From contig NC_043012.1 in assembly GCF_006345805.1 (NCBI RefSeq), forward strand, positions 48,980,001-49,044,000: a stretch of DNA of 64,000 nucleotides. Direction: 5' to 3'. A program made the translations under genes and the position numbers. How positions within the stretch are numbered: the stretch's first letter is position 1; each line of letters starts with the position of its first letter. This document shows, one piece after another, positions 37,951-52,254 of this stretch. Origin of the DNA: Octopus sinensis (lineage: Eukaryota). The notes under the pieces were generated by a model, which had not been told where the DNA came from, searched no databases, and worked only from the letters and a program-made list of their open reading frames with translations.

Positions 37951-37956
<6 letters not shown>

Positions 37957-38258
37957 TGGATGTAGGACATCACAAAAAACGTAAGCAACATGGCATACAA
38001 AGACAAACTTGGGTATGCAAACACTAAGAGAAACAAATGGAAAAATAGTAAAGTTACATAAAGAACAACCCTTTATCAGCCGTCGACTGTCCATCTACTC
38101 CACATTTTGAGCACTGACGTTAAATGCTCGAAATGAGAAGTAGATGAAGGGTCGTTCTTTGTGTTACTTGTCTCTTTTCTCTCCTTGTGTTTGCATACCC
38201 AAGTTTGTCTTCGTATTTCATGTTGTTTACGTTTTGTGACGTCCTGTATCCATGTATG
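37951..38258. mobile_element. Imperfect fold-back of family J
   Basis: Arms 37951-38113 and 38125-38258 around the spacer ctgacgttaaa. TA tracts on both sides. Confidence 0.75.
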
Positions 38259-38599
38259 CATATATACATACTTACATATATATGTAAGTATATATATGTA
38301 TGCATATATGCATATGTATACATACATACACATATATATATATATTATTATTCAAGGGAATAAAATCAAAACATATATAATTCTACAAATTATATACGTT
38401 TGTATTACTATTTTTCTGCAATTTACTTAATCCTTCACATTTTATTTTAATTTTAATTTTAATATTTCTATTATATGTAATTTTCTTGATGGCGTACTTT
38501 AATTGTTCATTTTGAATTGATAAAAGGTGGGTTTTTAAGAAATTTAATATATATACACACGTAATTATATGACTGAACGCCACTCATCCATTTCAAGTA

Positions 38600-38649
<50 letters not shown>

Positions 38650-38669
38650 TGGTTGTATATATATATATA

Positions 38670-38822
38670 TTGAGGGTACTACTATTCGTAGATACCAACA
38701 CGCTAAGAGGGACCAATGCGGTAAAAACTACTAAAAATAAACAAAATTTTACCGAATGCAAAACTTTGGGTATCTTTGGGAATGCAAAAATTGAGGGTAT
38801 CTACGAATAGTAGTACCCTCAA
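38670..38822. mobile_element. Small inverted-repeat element in a TA tract
   Basis: ttgagggtactactattcgtagatacc ... ggtatctacgaatagtagtaccctcaa (27-bp perfect arms), flanked by TA. Confidence 0.75.
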
Positions 38823-38943
38823 TATAATATAAAATATAAATGAATATTTTCAAAGAGGAAGAATTTACGGATTTTTTCTTTTACGAGGTTTTTTCACGCT
38901 GACTACTGATAATTTCTTTTAAAGATTTTATCCTCAATTGTTA

Positions 38944-38990
<47 letters not shown>

Positions 38991-39592
38991 AGCATGTATT
39001 TAAATATATACTCATGCGTGCGCGTTGTGTATTCGGAGAAAGTATGGCATTGCCGATGACCTTTGTGATCTTCTGGTGAAGTTAAGTTCAGTTTGACCTT
39101 CTGTTTATTACTGGAGTTAATTGCTAAGATTGGCGGGCACTTTTAGGGTAGTGCTTGGAATGGTGAAATTCAGTCGGAATGACAAGTAGAGTAAAAGCCA
39201 TTGATCTCCAGCTGGGCTACTTACGAGTAAGTTGGGGTTACTTTTGACGAGTGGAAGGGATAAAGAAGGAAAGGAAATATATCAGCAAGTACATCAGTAG
39301 GTTAGTGGATCAGTTTTTATTCCCTTCTTGGTCTCTAACAGGAAATGCGACCAAGCTGGGGCACTGGACTCGAGTGTTTTAGTCAATTATAGTGCAATGA
39401 TGCCAGTATTTTATCGATTTTATCGATCATTATCGAACACTTGAGTTCCCATTTCGTTAAGTCAGTTTAGATTTATCATATTTTAGTGGCGTAAAGTGTA
39501 TTTGTAAATGTGTATAAAACATACGCTTAGAAACGCACATACATAAATAAATACATGCACACACAGTAACACAGTGTGTGTGAGTGTGAATA

Positions 39593-39624
<32 letters not shown>

Positions 39625-39660
39625 TGTGTCTGTGTGTGCGTGTGTGCGTGCGAGTATATT

Positions 39661-40115
39661 TTATCTTTTACTCATTTCAGTCATTATACTGCGGCCATAC
39701 TGGGGCACCGCCTTGAAGAATTTTCAATTGAATGAATTGACTGCAGTACTTAATTATTTCTTTTGTTGCTAAGCCTCATACTTATTCTGTCGGTCGCTTT
39801 TGCCGAACCGCTAAGTTGCGGCCGCATAAACACACCAACACCAGGCGTAGGAGTGGCTACGTGATAAGTAGCTTGCTTACCAACCACATGGTTCCGTGTT
39901 CAGTCCCACTGCGTGGAACCTTGGGCAAGTGCCTTCTTGACAACCGATGCTGGTGTGTTTACGTCCGCCGTTACTTAGCGGTTCGGCAAATGAGACCGAT
40001 AGAATAAGTACTAGGCTTACAAAGAATAAGTCCTAGGGGAGATTTGGTCGCCTAAAGGTGGGGCTCCATCATGGCCGCAGTCAAATGACTGAAACAAGTA
40101 AAAGAGTAAGAGAGT
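39661..40115. mobile_element. Head-to-head SINE-A pair (39661-39842 minus; 39843-40115 plus)
   Basis: A minus-strand tail directly abuts a plus copy that lacks its linker. Confidence 0.85.
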
Positions 40116-40371
40116 TTATTTCATCGTTTTGTCGGGAAAGAAGGCAGTGCTCAAGAGCCGTTTCAATGCCTGCTGAGGGAGTAAAGTATGCTGAAACAGA
40201 AGTCTTGTTTTAAATGCAACAAAGTAGATTCCACAAAATTACCTAATGCCCAGACGATGGTATTGAACCGGGTGAGAAATTATGCATCGTATACATATGT
40301 TGCGATTCAAGGGTAGATTTTGTAATATAATGTGAAATTCAGATTTTTGACCTCCCTAAACTTTCACACAT

Positions 40372-40420
<49 letters not shown>

Positions 40421-40750
40421 CATACACACATATACACATGCATGCTTACATACATACATACATATATACATACATACATACATACATAAATACATACATA
40501 CATACACACACACACGCACACACACACATATATATATATAACTTAGAATAACTTAGAAAGGTTTTGGCCAGTATTGGCCCAGGCCATGTCTAACTTAATA
40601 CACATACATACACACACATACATACACATGCATGCTTACATACATCCATCCATCCATCCATCCATCCATCCATCCATCCATCCATACATACATACATACA
40701 TACATACATACATACATACATACATACATACATACATACATAAAACGAAA

Positions 40751-41318
40751 GCAAAGTGGCAGATGCTCAACAGCGATCCAGACTATCTTTAAATGTCGTA
40801 TTATTTCCTTTCGGCAACATCTTTTAACCACCAAGTGTCGAAGTGCATCCCTTCGTTTTCATACATGAGGCTGATAACATCATAAGACTTGGAAGGCAGC
40901 TCCTTGAGCAGCATTCTTGTCTGATAGCTTTAAACACATACTCAAAGAAATCGCACGCTTCTACTGCAGCGTATCACCAGATGAAAAGATGAGCGTATAT
41001 ATAAGCAGAAGACCATGCATGTATATTCTAGTTTCTACTAGTTTCAGAAATGACTGCAACATTGATCATCAAAGTAGACTATCGTGGGCCAACAAGCGGG
41101 TTACTACCTCCCACTTTGAAGGGTATGCGTTTGCAATTCAGGAACAGGAAATATCAACCAAATACCTGATGCACAAAAGGGCCAGAGATGCAGCAAATGC
41201 AGAAAAATGTGACAACCGATGCGTACTTTGTGGGGTTAACACCGTAGATATCACGCAGATCATAAGCTGTTGTTCGAAAATGTCATCATGGTATATCTAC
41301 CGATGAGACATGATGTTC
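40751..41318 (+). pseudogene. R4/Dong-like (RLE-type) non-LTR retrotransposon ORF relic
   Basis: EGYAFAIQEQEISTKYL...CDNRCVLCGVNTVDITQIISCC...(frameshift)YLPMRHD, the region before and including the CCHC knuckle. Stops and frameshifts present. Confidence 0.75.
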
Positions 41319-43382
41319 TGGTTAGTACACGAGACCCATCGAAAGGATAACCCTGAGGAAAAAGAAATAACAACCCAATGTATGAAGGAAGCCATAGCCA
41401 CTCATAATAAAAAGGAGCGGTGGTGGAATATCTTGGTGAAAACTTCAATAAAATGTAAGCAATAGACCTGATATAATGATTTGGGATAGAGAAGAGAAAC
41501 TGTATACAAATTTCGCTAAGGCGGTGCCCTAGCTTGGCCGCAATCAAATGGCAGAAGCAAGTAAAAGGTAAATGATAAAAGATATATGGGCACACACAGA
41601 AACCAATGTAGGCACGTATGTATGGAGAGACATAAGTGCATATTCTTTTGTTTACGGTTCGTGTATATTTGGATTGTTGACATGTGTATTCAGATTTATG
41701 GAAGGGAGACATTTGTAAGTGATTGTCTATGAATTGTGTGTGTGTGTGTGTGTGTGTATTCGAGTGTATTTGTTGTTACGGAGTTGAGTACATGTGTATG
41801 TTTGTACGCCTGTTTGCGTATATACTATTTGCATATATATATTTATATATATATTTGTATGGATGTGTATGTGTGTGTGAACGTTTGTATGTGCATGTTC
41901 ATGTGTGTGTGCGTGTTGGTGTTTGGATGCTCGTATGGGAGTACGTGTGTGAGAGAGAGAGAAAGAATTACAGACAGAGAGGGAGAGTGAGAAGGAAGAG
42001 AGAGAGAGAGAGAAAGAGCGTGGTAACAAAATATGAGGTACACATGAGTGATTCTATGGATGTTCATTTTTAAACAAGCGCCTGTGTTATGTGGGCGTAT
42101 ATGCAGTATTTTCCTCAAGGAAGTTTATGGAAGAAAGATGTTTCTGTATATATGTAAGCAAAATGATATGTATGTATATATGTATGTGTGAGTGTGTATA
42201 TGTGTGACTGTGTGTGTGCGTGTGCGTGCGAATTTATGTGTATGTGTGTGTGTATGTGTATATATGTGTGTGTTTATGTGTATGTGAATATACATATATG
42301 TGTGTGTGTGTAAATATATATATATATATGTGTGCATATGGATGTGTGTTTATGTGTGTGTTTACATATATATACACATATGTATATATATATATATGTG
42401 TGTGTGTATTTATATATATATATGTATGTATGTATACGTATATGCTTGTTTATGCGCGTGAGTGTGTGTGAACGAGTACTTATGTTTGTTTGTGTAGTGG
42501 GAGGCCAATGTTTGTATTGGCGCTTTTATGCATATCACAAAGCGGGTCATACCTATTCATCGCATATGCTAGCAATTTTCTGAGCGTCTTTTAGTATTCA
42601 TGTCCATGAATACGAGATTTGACCCAGGAAATGATGGTACCAGGAAAAGCTGCTTTGAATCAAATGTCAAGATGTCAAAAGTGTAAACTTCCGTGGCCGT
42701 GTCAGCCCACACAAATCCAGTAACCCTAGTTCAAATCCCAGTGGCACCGAAAGGATAATACATCTCCATCTTATTTTAGAATTTCCATTAATGTTCCTAA
42801 TGTTTATTAAATAGACGTTTTATTTTTTTTAAATATTCCTGATTGAATATAGGGAAGAAAACGCAAGGTTAGGATGAAAGTCTGTAGTTAGAAAACCTGT
42901 CTGAAGACGGAACCATCCACTAAGACCATTGTCTCAATTTGCTAAGATTCATGTTGTCCTTAAAGATGTATTACACACATCATGACGTTGCATTTTCTTT
43001 CCACTAACCAAATACATATAGACAGGCAAACATGCACTCACATATACATGCATACATACGTAATGCATATATATACATACTAACATGCTTACATACATAC
43101 ATGCATGTATGCATACACATAATATGCACAGATATGAGTGTGTATATTTATGCATTTATGTATGATTTTTCTTTGAGTTTTATCTAAGTCCATCTGAAGA
43201 GAGTTCAAGCCGGTCGCAAACAAAGCAACAAGATTTTTTTTCAATTAAGAGAGTATTCGGTGTTTGCAAATATGTTGTGGAGTTCCTGTGTTGCTTGAAC
43301 TGTCGATGTCTGTATGTGTCTTTTACTTGTCTCAGTCATTAGACTGCGGCCATGCCGAGGGATAGTCTTGATGGTATTTAGT

Positions 43383-43617
43383 CTAAGGCGGCGAGCTGGC
43401 AGAAACGTTAGCACCTCGGGCGAAATGCGTAGCCGTATTTCGTCTGCCGTTACGTTCTGAGTTCAAATTCCGCCGAGGTCGACTTTGCCTTTTATCCTTT
43501 CGGGGTCGATTAAATAAGTACCAGTTATTCACTGGGGTCGATATAATCGACTTAATCCGTTTGTCTATCCTTGTTTGTCCTCTCTGTGTTTAGCCCCTTG
43601 TGGGTAGTAAAGAAATA
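43383..43617 (+). mobile_element. SINE-B, full length with a 10-bp TSD, inserted in a minus SINE-A (43320-43770)
   Basis: A box tggcagaaacgttag and B box gttcaaattcc. GGTATTTAGT is repeated at 43373-43382 and 43618-43627. Confidence 0.95.
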
Positions 43618-43764
43618 GGTATTTAGTTTAAGGAACATACCACAGTACTTATATATTTTTAAGCGTAGTAGTTATTATATCCGTCTCTTTTGCTTAATAT
43701 CTATGCTACGTTGACATAAACAAACCAATCTTGTTGTAAAGCGGTGGTGATGGACAGACACAAA

Positions 43765-43813
<49 letters not shown>

Positions 43814-43837
43814 GCACGCACACACACACATATTATG

Positions 43838-44035
43838 ATTAATGCCCTCAAAATTTGAGTGTAGAGGAGAATGTCACGTGTCTCTTACAAGAACCGTCGA
43901 ACAAATGAATAGGTGTTACAATACGTAGGTGACAGACAGCAACTCTTGAACATTGTGAAAAAACAAAAGCTTATCTGTTATGGACTTATTCGAAGAAGTA
44001 GAGGTCTGGAAAACATTATCACGGAAGGAAGAGTC
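43838..44035 (+). pseudogene. RTE-clade LINE ORF2 C-terminal relic
   Basis: INALKI*V*RRMSRVSYKNRRTNE*VLQYVGDRQQLLNIVKKQKLICYGLIRRSRGLENIITEGRV follows the RTE pattern RR.LRISW.....NEEVL...RKL.YFGH..R...LE..I.EG.V. Confidence 0.75.
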
Positions 44036-44335
44036 GTATACAAATGGATTGTCTCAGAAGTGGCAAGGCAGCTGAAGAACTCGTGCTTAATCGGTAAAAC
44101 TTTTGTGGTAGTGTCACCGAAGCGTTGCAAGCGTGCCTTATATGACGACGATATATTCAAGACGGCCTTCCTTCAGTTTCCATCAACCAATGTACATCGC
44201 TTTGTACGACGCGGGGGGCTATAGTAGAAGATATCTGCTTAAAGTGCCACACAAACTCCACTCGTCAAACGGTGGCGAGGACAATCACAAACATGATGAC
44301 ACACAAACCCATAGAGTTATATATTTACCAGGTAG

Positions 44336-45156
44336 GAGTTGGCGAATGATGTGAATATTAATTACGGTTCAGTTCAGTCCATTCTCATTGGAGATTTGAG
44401 TATGAGACATGCGTCTGACAAGTTTTTGCCAGAACTGGTTTCAGTTGACCAAAAACAAGATTGGGTTTCAGATGCGCAGAACCTCCTTGAGTGTGTCGAG
44501 ATCTTCTTATAAGTTTTTAGAAACGGTCATGACTGGGAGCGAATAGGGTGTCTAGGCTATGACCTCAAAACCAAAGCACTGTCTTCCCAGTGGAAGACCT
44601 CAAGCTCTTCGAGATTGAAAAAAAAAGCCTGTGAAGACACTATTTACTTTTTTTTTTGTGAGTGCAAGGGTTTAGTTCATCACGAGTATGCTCTACCTGG
44701 TCAGACAATTAACAAGGCGTACTACTCTGACGTGTTGCAGCGTTTGCGGGATGCTTTTCGTTAATGAAGGACAGAATTGCATGTGTCCGGTGCGTGGCAA
44801 TACCACCATGTCAACGCACCTGTCCATTCAGTGCAACTTCTGCCGCGGTTTTTGACCAAACACAACATTCCCCAGGTTTGACAACCACCACATTCTCCAG
44901 ATCTCGCCCCTGGCAACATTTCCCTCATTTTAAAAATCAAATCCAGCTTGAAAGGAACACGATTTTAAGATTTTTTAGAGAATGCGACGAGGCAGCTTCT
45001 CGCTATCACGGCAAAGGAGTTCCAGGAACGCTTCCGTGAATGGAAGCAACTCTGGATAAAGTGTGTGGCTTCAGAAAGGGACTATTTCGAATTAATGTGT
45101 GTGTTGTAGTTTTCTTTTTTGTTGCACCAGTTCTAATCTTTTTGATCAGACCTCAT
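44336..45156 (+). pseudogene. Mariner (DD34D) transposase relic with a 3' TIR
   Basis: GYDLKTKALSSQWK..., GLVHHEYALPGQTINKAYYSDVLQRLRDA, HHVNAPVH, QPPHSPDLAP, WIKCVASERDYFE. TIR-like tttgatcagacctc at the end. Confidence 0.9.
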
Positions 45157-45894
45157 TTATAAACAAGCAAACAAACAAACATACATACATACATACATAC
45201 ATACATACATACATACAAACATACATACATACATACATACATACATACATACATACATACAACATACATACATACATACATACATTCATACATACATACA
45301 TACATACATACATACATACATACATACTTATGTTCGATTTTACAACACACAGACACACACAAGCACACAAGCACACACACACACACTGAATCTGAATATT
45401 ATTTATTTCAGCAAAATCAGTATTGATATAATCATTTGGACATCAAGACTTCTACTAGTCCCATCTTCTAAAGTATCAAAACAATTAGAGCATTGTTAAA
45501 CTTTACCAAAGGATGAAACAAAAGCCCATACACAAGACTTGATGCCCAATTGATGGACTTACTCTAATATATCGTGTAATACGGGGCCGTTTATGCTGCA
45601 TGAAATAGCAGTTAAATCCCTTCAAATCATATATGATCTTATAGAATCGGACACATTTGTACAATAGCATTCATTCAAAACCTATATATTATAAAGACCG
45701 TAGTTTCACGGCAAGAGACACAGCATAGTCTTATTGCGTCAATATAATGAATTTCAATTGCCAGGTCCCTAGGGGTTGCCTAATTTCCTTTCTAGGAAAG
45801 CTTAGACTTTGGTTTCTTTATAAGAAACTCTTCTGCCTTTTAACATTCTGTTTTGATCGTTTAATCTTCCTGGGGATCATTATCTTTTATCTTC

Positions 45895-46335
45895 TATTCA
45901 TTTTAATCACTGGATTGCGGCCATGCTGGAGCACTGCCTGCCAAAGGTTTTAATGGAAAGAATCAACACCAGTACTAATCTTTAGGCCTGGCATTTATTT
46001 TATCCATCTCTAATACACGGGACTTAAACAAACCAACACCGGTTGTCAAGCGGTGGTGGGGACAAATACAAAAACAAAGACCCACACACACACACGCACA
46101 TACATATACGACGAGCTTTTTTCAAACATACACTCACACACGCACACAAGCTCACAAACACATGTATATATAACGGGATTCTTTCAGTTTCCGTTAACCA
46201 AACCTACTCACAAGTATTTGCTCTGCCTGGGGCTATAGTAGAAGACACTTGCCCAAGGATTTCAAGCAATGGGACTAAACCCGGAACCATGTGTTTGAGA
46301 AGCAAACCTTTTACCACATAACTCACACCGGCATC
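45895..46335 (-). mobile_element. SINE-A, diverged
   Basis: Tail, linker and head recognisable. Confidence 0.8.
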
Positions 46336-46369
46336 TATAACTTGGTTCATTATATACAAAATATTTCAG

Positions 46370-46480
46370 GATGGTCATGGACGGAGTGCTTGTGGTTATG
46401 GCTTTACCTCATCTGACTCAGATTATGGATTTGCGTGTACTGACTCAGATCTAGACACCAAGCATAACAAAAATATATGA
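46370..46480 (+). CDS. Candidate terminal exon DGHGRSACGYGFTSSDSDYGFACTDSDLDTKHNKNI*
   Basis: Acceptor tatttcag at 46362-46369. A 27-bp in-frame imperfect repeat gives YGFTSSDSD/YGFACTDSD. TGA at 46478-46480. No upstream exon identified. Confidence 0.3.
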   Translation, partial: DGHGRSACGYGFTSSDSDYGFACTDSDLDTKHNKNI

Positions 46481-47220
46481 CTGCCTAACTGTGACGATTT
46501 ATATCTGTGATGAGATAGCAAAATAATATTAAAGGAAACGCAGGAAATATATACATATATAAAAATAAAAATAAAAATTTGAAAGAAATCAGAACAGAAT
46601 AATATATCTAAAGAAATAACACAATAAATTATGTTTTTTTAAAGCTTTTCATTGATAGTGATGTTTTTTTTTTCTTTTTACAATGTATATTATTTTGGTC
46701 TTGAATATAAATATGTTTGCCTATTTATACATACACATTCATGAATATATATGATAGCGTATATATAATTTCTCTATGTAAAATATATGTGTATGGTGCA
46801 TATATATATATATATATGCACACATACACACATATATGAATATATATATAAAGCGAGAGAGATACATATGTATAGGCGTATGTATGTATATCTTTCTTTG
46901 ATTGATCTCCGACGTTTATTCAATAGGTAGGTAATTATAAAGTAAATATAAATATATATCATTGAATTGGTACAAGAAAAGACAGGAAGTTCAGTGCAAA
47001 ATATTGCTGCCTAAACAATATGGGACAAAAATGTGTATATAATACATAAAGCGCGATGAAGTAAACCTTTTCTGCTGTAGTTCATCGTATCAAATAACTT
47101 TAAAAGAAATATAAGGTCCAGTTCGTTAAACCTCACATATCTAATTCTACATTTTATGTGTGCGTGTGTTTGTGCGTGCGTGCGTGTGCGTGTATGTATA
47201 TTTATGTTTGTGTATATATA

Positions 47221-47312
<92 letters not shown>

Positions 47313-47974
47313 ATATATATGTATGTATGTATCAGTAAGTATGTATATATGTATTTATATACGGATATATACATAAGGGCGTGAATATGTTTTTGGGGTA
47401 ATTCTTTGCACTTCTTAGTTAGTTCATTCATAATGAATGTTTAGATAAGCACTTAAACAGGCTTGCCAAGTACTGCTGTTATAATTGTTAGCTACAAAGG
47501 GTAAAGCTGGTTTATTTGTAGAAGAGTCACTGTTGAAAAATTACCTGGTTTTGCCAGATCCCAGTAACATAAACCGTAAATTGGAATCTAAAACACTTGA
47601 TAAACGAAGAAAGAAATTTTAAATCATTAAAAATACGTTCATAATGATGAGAAAAGTTTTACTGCCTTAACGAATAATTCTCGTCATGAACGGTAAAGGA
47701 GACAACCGAAAGATTATAATCTCTTAAAAATTGAATAGGAAGAGAATTTGATTTTTGGCTGTATGCTTACAAGTGCGAACCTATTACACCTGGGCTGCTG
47801 AATATAACTTAACCGTCATTTATAGAATGACTAGATAAAGTATAGTTTTTTTTTTTTTTTTTTTTTTGTGAATGAGTACTGAATAGTGTAATAATTTGAA
47901 AAAGCTACCCCCTAGGTAAAAACCTATGATTGCATCAGTATAAAGGCTTGAACTGAAAAGAAATTTAATCTCCA

Positions 47975-48200
47975 AGAAAAATATTGGTTTCAAATTTTGG
48001 CCCAAGGCCATCAATTTTGGGTAAGTCAGTTTTATCGACTTCATTGCTCAGCTGGTGTTATTTTATCGGTATCGAAAGGTATAAAAGGCAAAGTCGGTCT
48101 CAGGGGATTTTGAAGACAGAACATACAGTCAGACGAAATGCCGTAAAGCATTTTTACCTGGTTAACGATTCTGCTAACGATTCAGCCAGTTTAGCGCCTT
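47975..48200 (-). mobile_element. SINE-B, diverged
   Basis: Body and head in reverse complement. Similar copies at 49490-49666 and 55920-56096. Confidence 0.75.
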
Positions 48201-50142
48201 AATCCACCCCCAAAGGATATTAATCTCATGACTTAACAGCTGCCTGCTTCCAGTTTTTCATCCACTGTCATTTGTCCAAACCTTCAAGATATTTGAAGAT
48301 ATATTTTGATGAAGTATTGTAGGTCATTTTTGTCTTAATTGTGTTTGCAATGATTAAACTATATCTTGCACTTAAGATTTCCTTTTTACAAATTATGGTT
48401 GACTGAATTTTATCATCTATATTTAATGGGAGAAATATTCACAGATCTATTATTAGACAATCCTGAAAATATTGAATGGCCAATATGAAAATGTATTAGG
48501 TACTAAAACTGATCTTTAGTGGGTAGGCACCATAGAATGGTAACGAATGATCATTTAACAAAGAAATGCTGCGGAAGACCCATTTTTGTTGTAATTACTT
48601 TTTTCACTGGTCAGAAAGTTTGATGAAGTTCAATAAATATCTATTTAGCTACATTTATCCAGATATTCAAAATATCGGTAGGGTTTCCAGATCGCAAAAC
48701 AGGCAAAGATTCTGATGTAATTACGATTTTTCTGGATCTGGCTGCTAGGTTTGGTAGTATTGAGCGAAACGATAAAGCTGGCGATTATTTATGCTATGAT
48801 TTCAATTGGCTGGACGATCACGATAACTTCAAATATTCGAAGGAACAAAAAAAGGCATCAGAAAGGAAGACAATGATTGTGAGGAACGAATGAAATGAAG
48901 TACTTAAATCAAAACAATTTCACTTGTCCAATTGATATCGAATAAATTTCTGTAACACACTAATGTAAACTTAGACTAATCATTGTAGGGTAATCCAAGT
49001 TAAGCTACAAATGTTAACGTACATATGACGGCCAGCTGGTAGAGTTTCGGAATTGTCTTGTATCTTCTGTCATTCTTTCCCTCTAGAAGCAATCGTTTGC
49101 TCAAACTTGAAATGAGATGTTTTCCACCAATTTCAGTTGCTCAAGATATGCCGTAACTCATGATACTGTTCCAACGGGAGTTGATACGTAAATCAAGGTT
49201 ATTGACAGTGTATTTCGTTCACAGTTTCTAGCTTCCTACACAGATCAAAAGATTTTAATTTATATGGTCATCTAAGACATTCTACAATGAGGATCCGAAA
49301 ATCTGGTTCCTTTAATATCACAAATATACAGTTATGCTGATATCAAGAACACAATATTGTAATTTATCCCTTGTCAGTTGGCAACTAAAATCCAGGATGA
49401 CCAGATGACTTTGGACAAAGCAACAGCAACAAAATTTTCACGCTAATATATAAAATCATTGTTTTAAATTTTTTTATTTAAGGTCAGCAGTTTCATAAGA
49501 GAAGAAAGTCGAATAAATCGATCTCAGTGCTCAACTGACACTTATTTTGTCGGCCCCGAAAGGATAAAAGGCAAAGCTGGTTTAAGCTTGGAACGCACAG
49601 AATCAGACGAAATGCTGCCAAGCATTTTGTCCGATGCGTGAACGATTCTTCCAGCTCGTCGCCTTAATATGTAATATTATAAAAGCTACTGGAAAAACCT
49701 TATAAAGCCGTGCTGTGACAGGGTAGAAAATCCATATCACGTTGAAATACTTAACCAACTGTAATGGGTATTAGGTGTTAGGTGTTCGATTCAAAACAGC
49801 TGCGATCATTTTTCAACAATCCTCTTGCAAATTGTCTAAGACAAGGGATAAACTGGAAGCGGTTGACTAATTTTCAGTGGAGGAAAGAAGTGGTTTACGA
49901 ACGGGATTTAATAGCAGCGGAAATGTGAATGTACAGAGAAAAAAAATCGCCTTGTATTATTTGTTTCACAAACTGTACTCGACGTTTTCAATGATTTGTC
50001 TATGAGATTGTTAAAAGATAAAGAAAGTTCTTTTGGTTACACACAGACTGTGACCCGGGAGCAAAATTTTCTGGGGTGATGCAAAACCAGGTCCAAATAT
50101 TTAACAGAAAAAGTGGATTTTTTTCAGTGTTAACATTAAATG

Positions 50143-50660
50143 TCCATAGGCTGAAATGCTCATAGGCTGAGCAAGACACTCTCATCGAATGTGACTAAAT
50201 GAAGTTCATTTTTTAACATAGTTCCTCTTACTGCTCACACACTTCCATAAGTAGTTGCAGTGTTCGGATCGCATTGGTGAAGACGATATTCTGTAGGTCT
50301 AGGTAGTCATTGACTGCAGATGAGAAGTCTTCATCCCATCGATACTGGTGCCCAGCTGTGTGTTTTTCATGTTGGGAAACAGAGATGATAATCAGATGGA
50401 GCCAAATCCATAACATAGGGAGGAGTATCAACCAGTTCAGAGCCAGTCACGCGCAGCAGCCATTGAAACGAAGGACTTGTGTGCTGAAGCATTACCCTAA
50501 TGAAGCAAGATTCAATTCATTAGTTTTTCTGGGCGCTTGGTCTTGATAGCCTTTCGAAACTGCCTTAAGAAGTTGGCGTTGAACTTACCATTGCTGCTGT
50601 GATCATTTTGAAGATAGTCAATAAACACAGTATTTTTTGCATTAACATATAGAATATGTA
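50143..50660 (-). pseudogene. Second mariner transposase relic (different subfamily)
   Basis: Minus strand: VFIDYLQNDHSSNGKFNANFLRQFRKAIKTKRPEKL..., H*GNASAHKS, FPNM(K)KHTAGHQYRWDEDFSSAVNDY. Terminal ctcataggctgagcaagacactctcat. Confidence 0.85.
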
Positions 50661-52254
50661 ATAATGTGAAGTATATATTGTACATTAAAATGTTTAATTT
50701 CCGAAATATATCAAGCGAAACAAACATAAGCCGTATAAATACAAATTGCAAGCATTTCAAAATGTGAGACACTACATGACGAATCTAACAAAAAAGAATA
50801 TAGTGGTGCTTGTGTTCCGAAGGTATGAATAATTCTGTTTGGTTCTCATTGCAGCTTGTACATGATGATGCGTGAGGGGTAAACACAAAGCATGGCGTCA
50901 AATATCTCTGGTGATAATTCTCTCCTCTCTGGCTATCTCAAAAGAAATTCTTTATTTATATCCATCTGTTGGTTCGAAATAGACCGCACATTTTTTGATC
51001 TGGCAAGCGGTCTATTTCGCTGACTTAAAACATTCAATTGGCACAAACGGATATGGTCATGTGAACACTTCTAGAAAACACGCAAAATACGCCAATTGGC
51101 AGCTACTTAAGCCTAGACAGCCAAATAATAAACATAGTATTTTCTACACTTTCATATGAGACATAGAAGAAACAAGTAACCTTCCTCTCTACAGCGACCA
51201 ACCACGGGGTACCAAATAGAGCATATACGAAGTAAAAAGGAAAACATACCCTCCATCTGGATTACAAGAGATGGTGCACAACAAACATCTGACAAACATC
51301 TGCACGCAACGAGTTAAAAGTAGTTTGCGCCCTGGCGGGATCTTCAACAATTTTGACAATCTTTTGGACTTTCATACAAACAGAATGGTTTGACTTTCAC
51401 TTGCCACAAGGTATATTTTGTGTGAGACACCAGATGGTGCAGCTTTTGAGCACACAGCCCCTTCTTATATTTTAAGATAACCTTTGCAATATAAGCGGGG
51501 GCGCGCAACTCCTTATAATTGAAGATAACCTCGTAAGGTTATCTTATATGTTGGATCAAACAGAGTTTTTGTTTTCTCTTGAGGTATTCAGCATATCAGA
51601 GACAACGAAATATCACTACAGCCGCAAGAGATACATGGGCATCAGCAGCCGCAGTTCTCTGCACACCAACATGTGACCACGTCCTTTGTTGAGGTGATGC
51701 ATAATCAATTTTCGTCAGGATCTTTCTTGACTACAAATCAGTGAATACATCTTATAACCACAGACGGTGAACCATTGCGGTGCGAAGTAGAATAATCGAG
51801 AGCAGTTCTGGTCCTCTTGAGTTATAATCGAATGAATATGATTGTGAATACAAACGGCCGGAGTGGGGTTCTTCCGAACAGTCTTTCAAGATATGTTACT
51901 TTATTGAGTGCATAGCCTTCACATCAGAGAGGTATTCCTGGTAGAGCCGCTACTTCTCCGAATTGGGAGATTACAGCTCCGATACAACGGAAATGTGGTA
52001 AAAATGTTTCAGGAAAAAATCGATGAACGGGTTTTACGGACAAAAATAACTGACAGGAAACCCAGGGGTAGGGGACCATGAGCAAGTTGTTTGGATAACA
52101 TCTATGAGCTCTGTTAGTCTCTTTTCGAGGTCCAGCTGAATCATTTGGAGACGGTTAATTGTGACGGGACCTGATAGAAGACGGGCTTCATGAATAATCT
52201 CCCATAATACTTCCAAGAATTTAGTATGTTTCTGTACATAGGAGTGGCTGTACA

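Noticed and set aside
48500-49100. Degenerate hAT-like transposase
   Set aside because: No continuous reading frame or catalytic motif could be read.
50975-51019. 13-bp hairpin (also 51473-51545) as a Helitron terminus or terminator
   Set aside because: No CTRR end at the right distance, and intrinsic terminators are not expected in this context.
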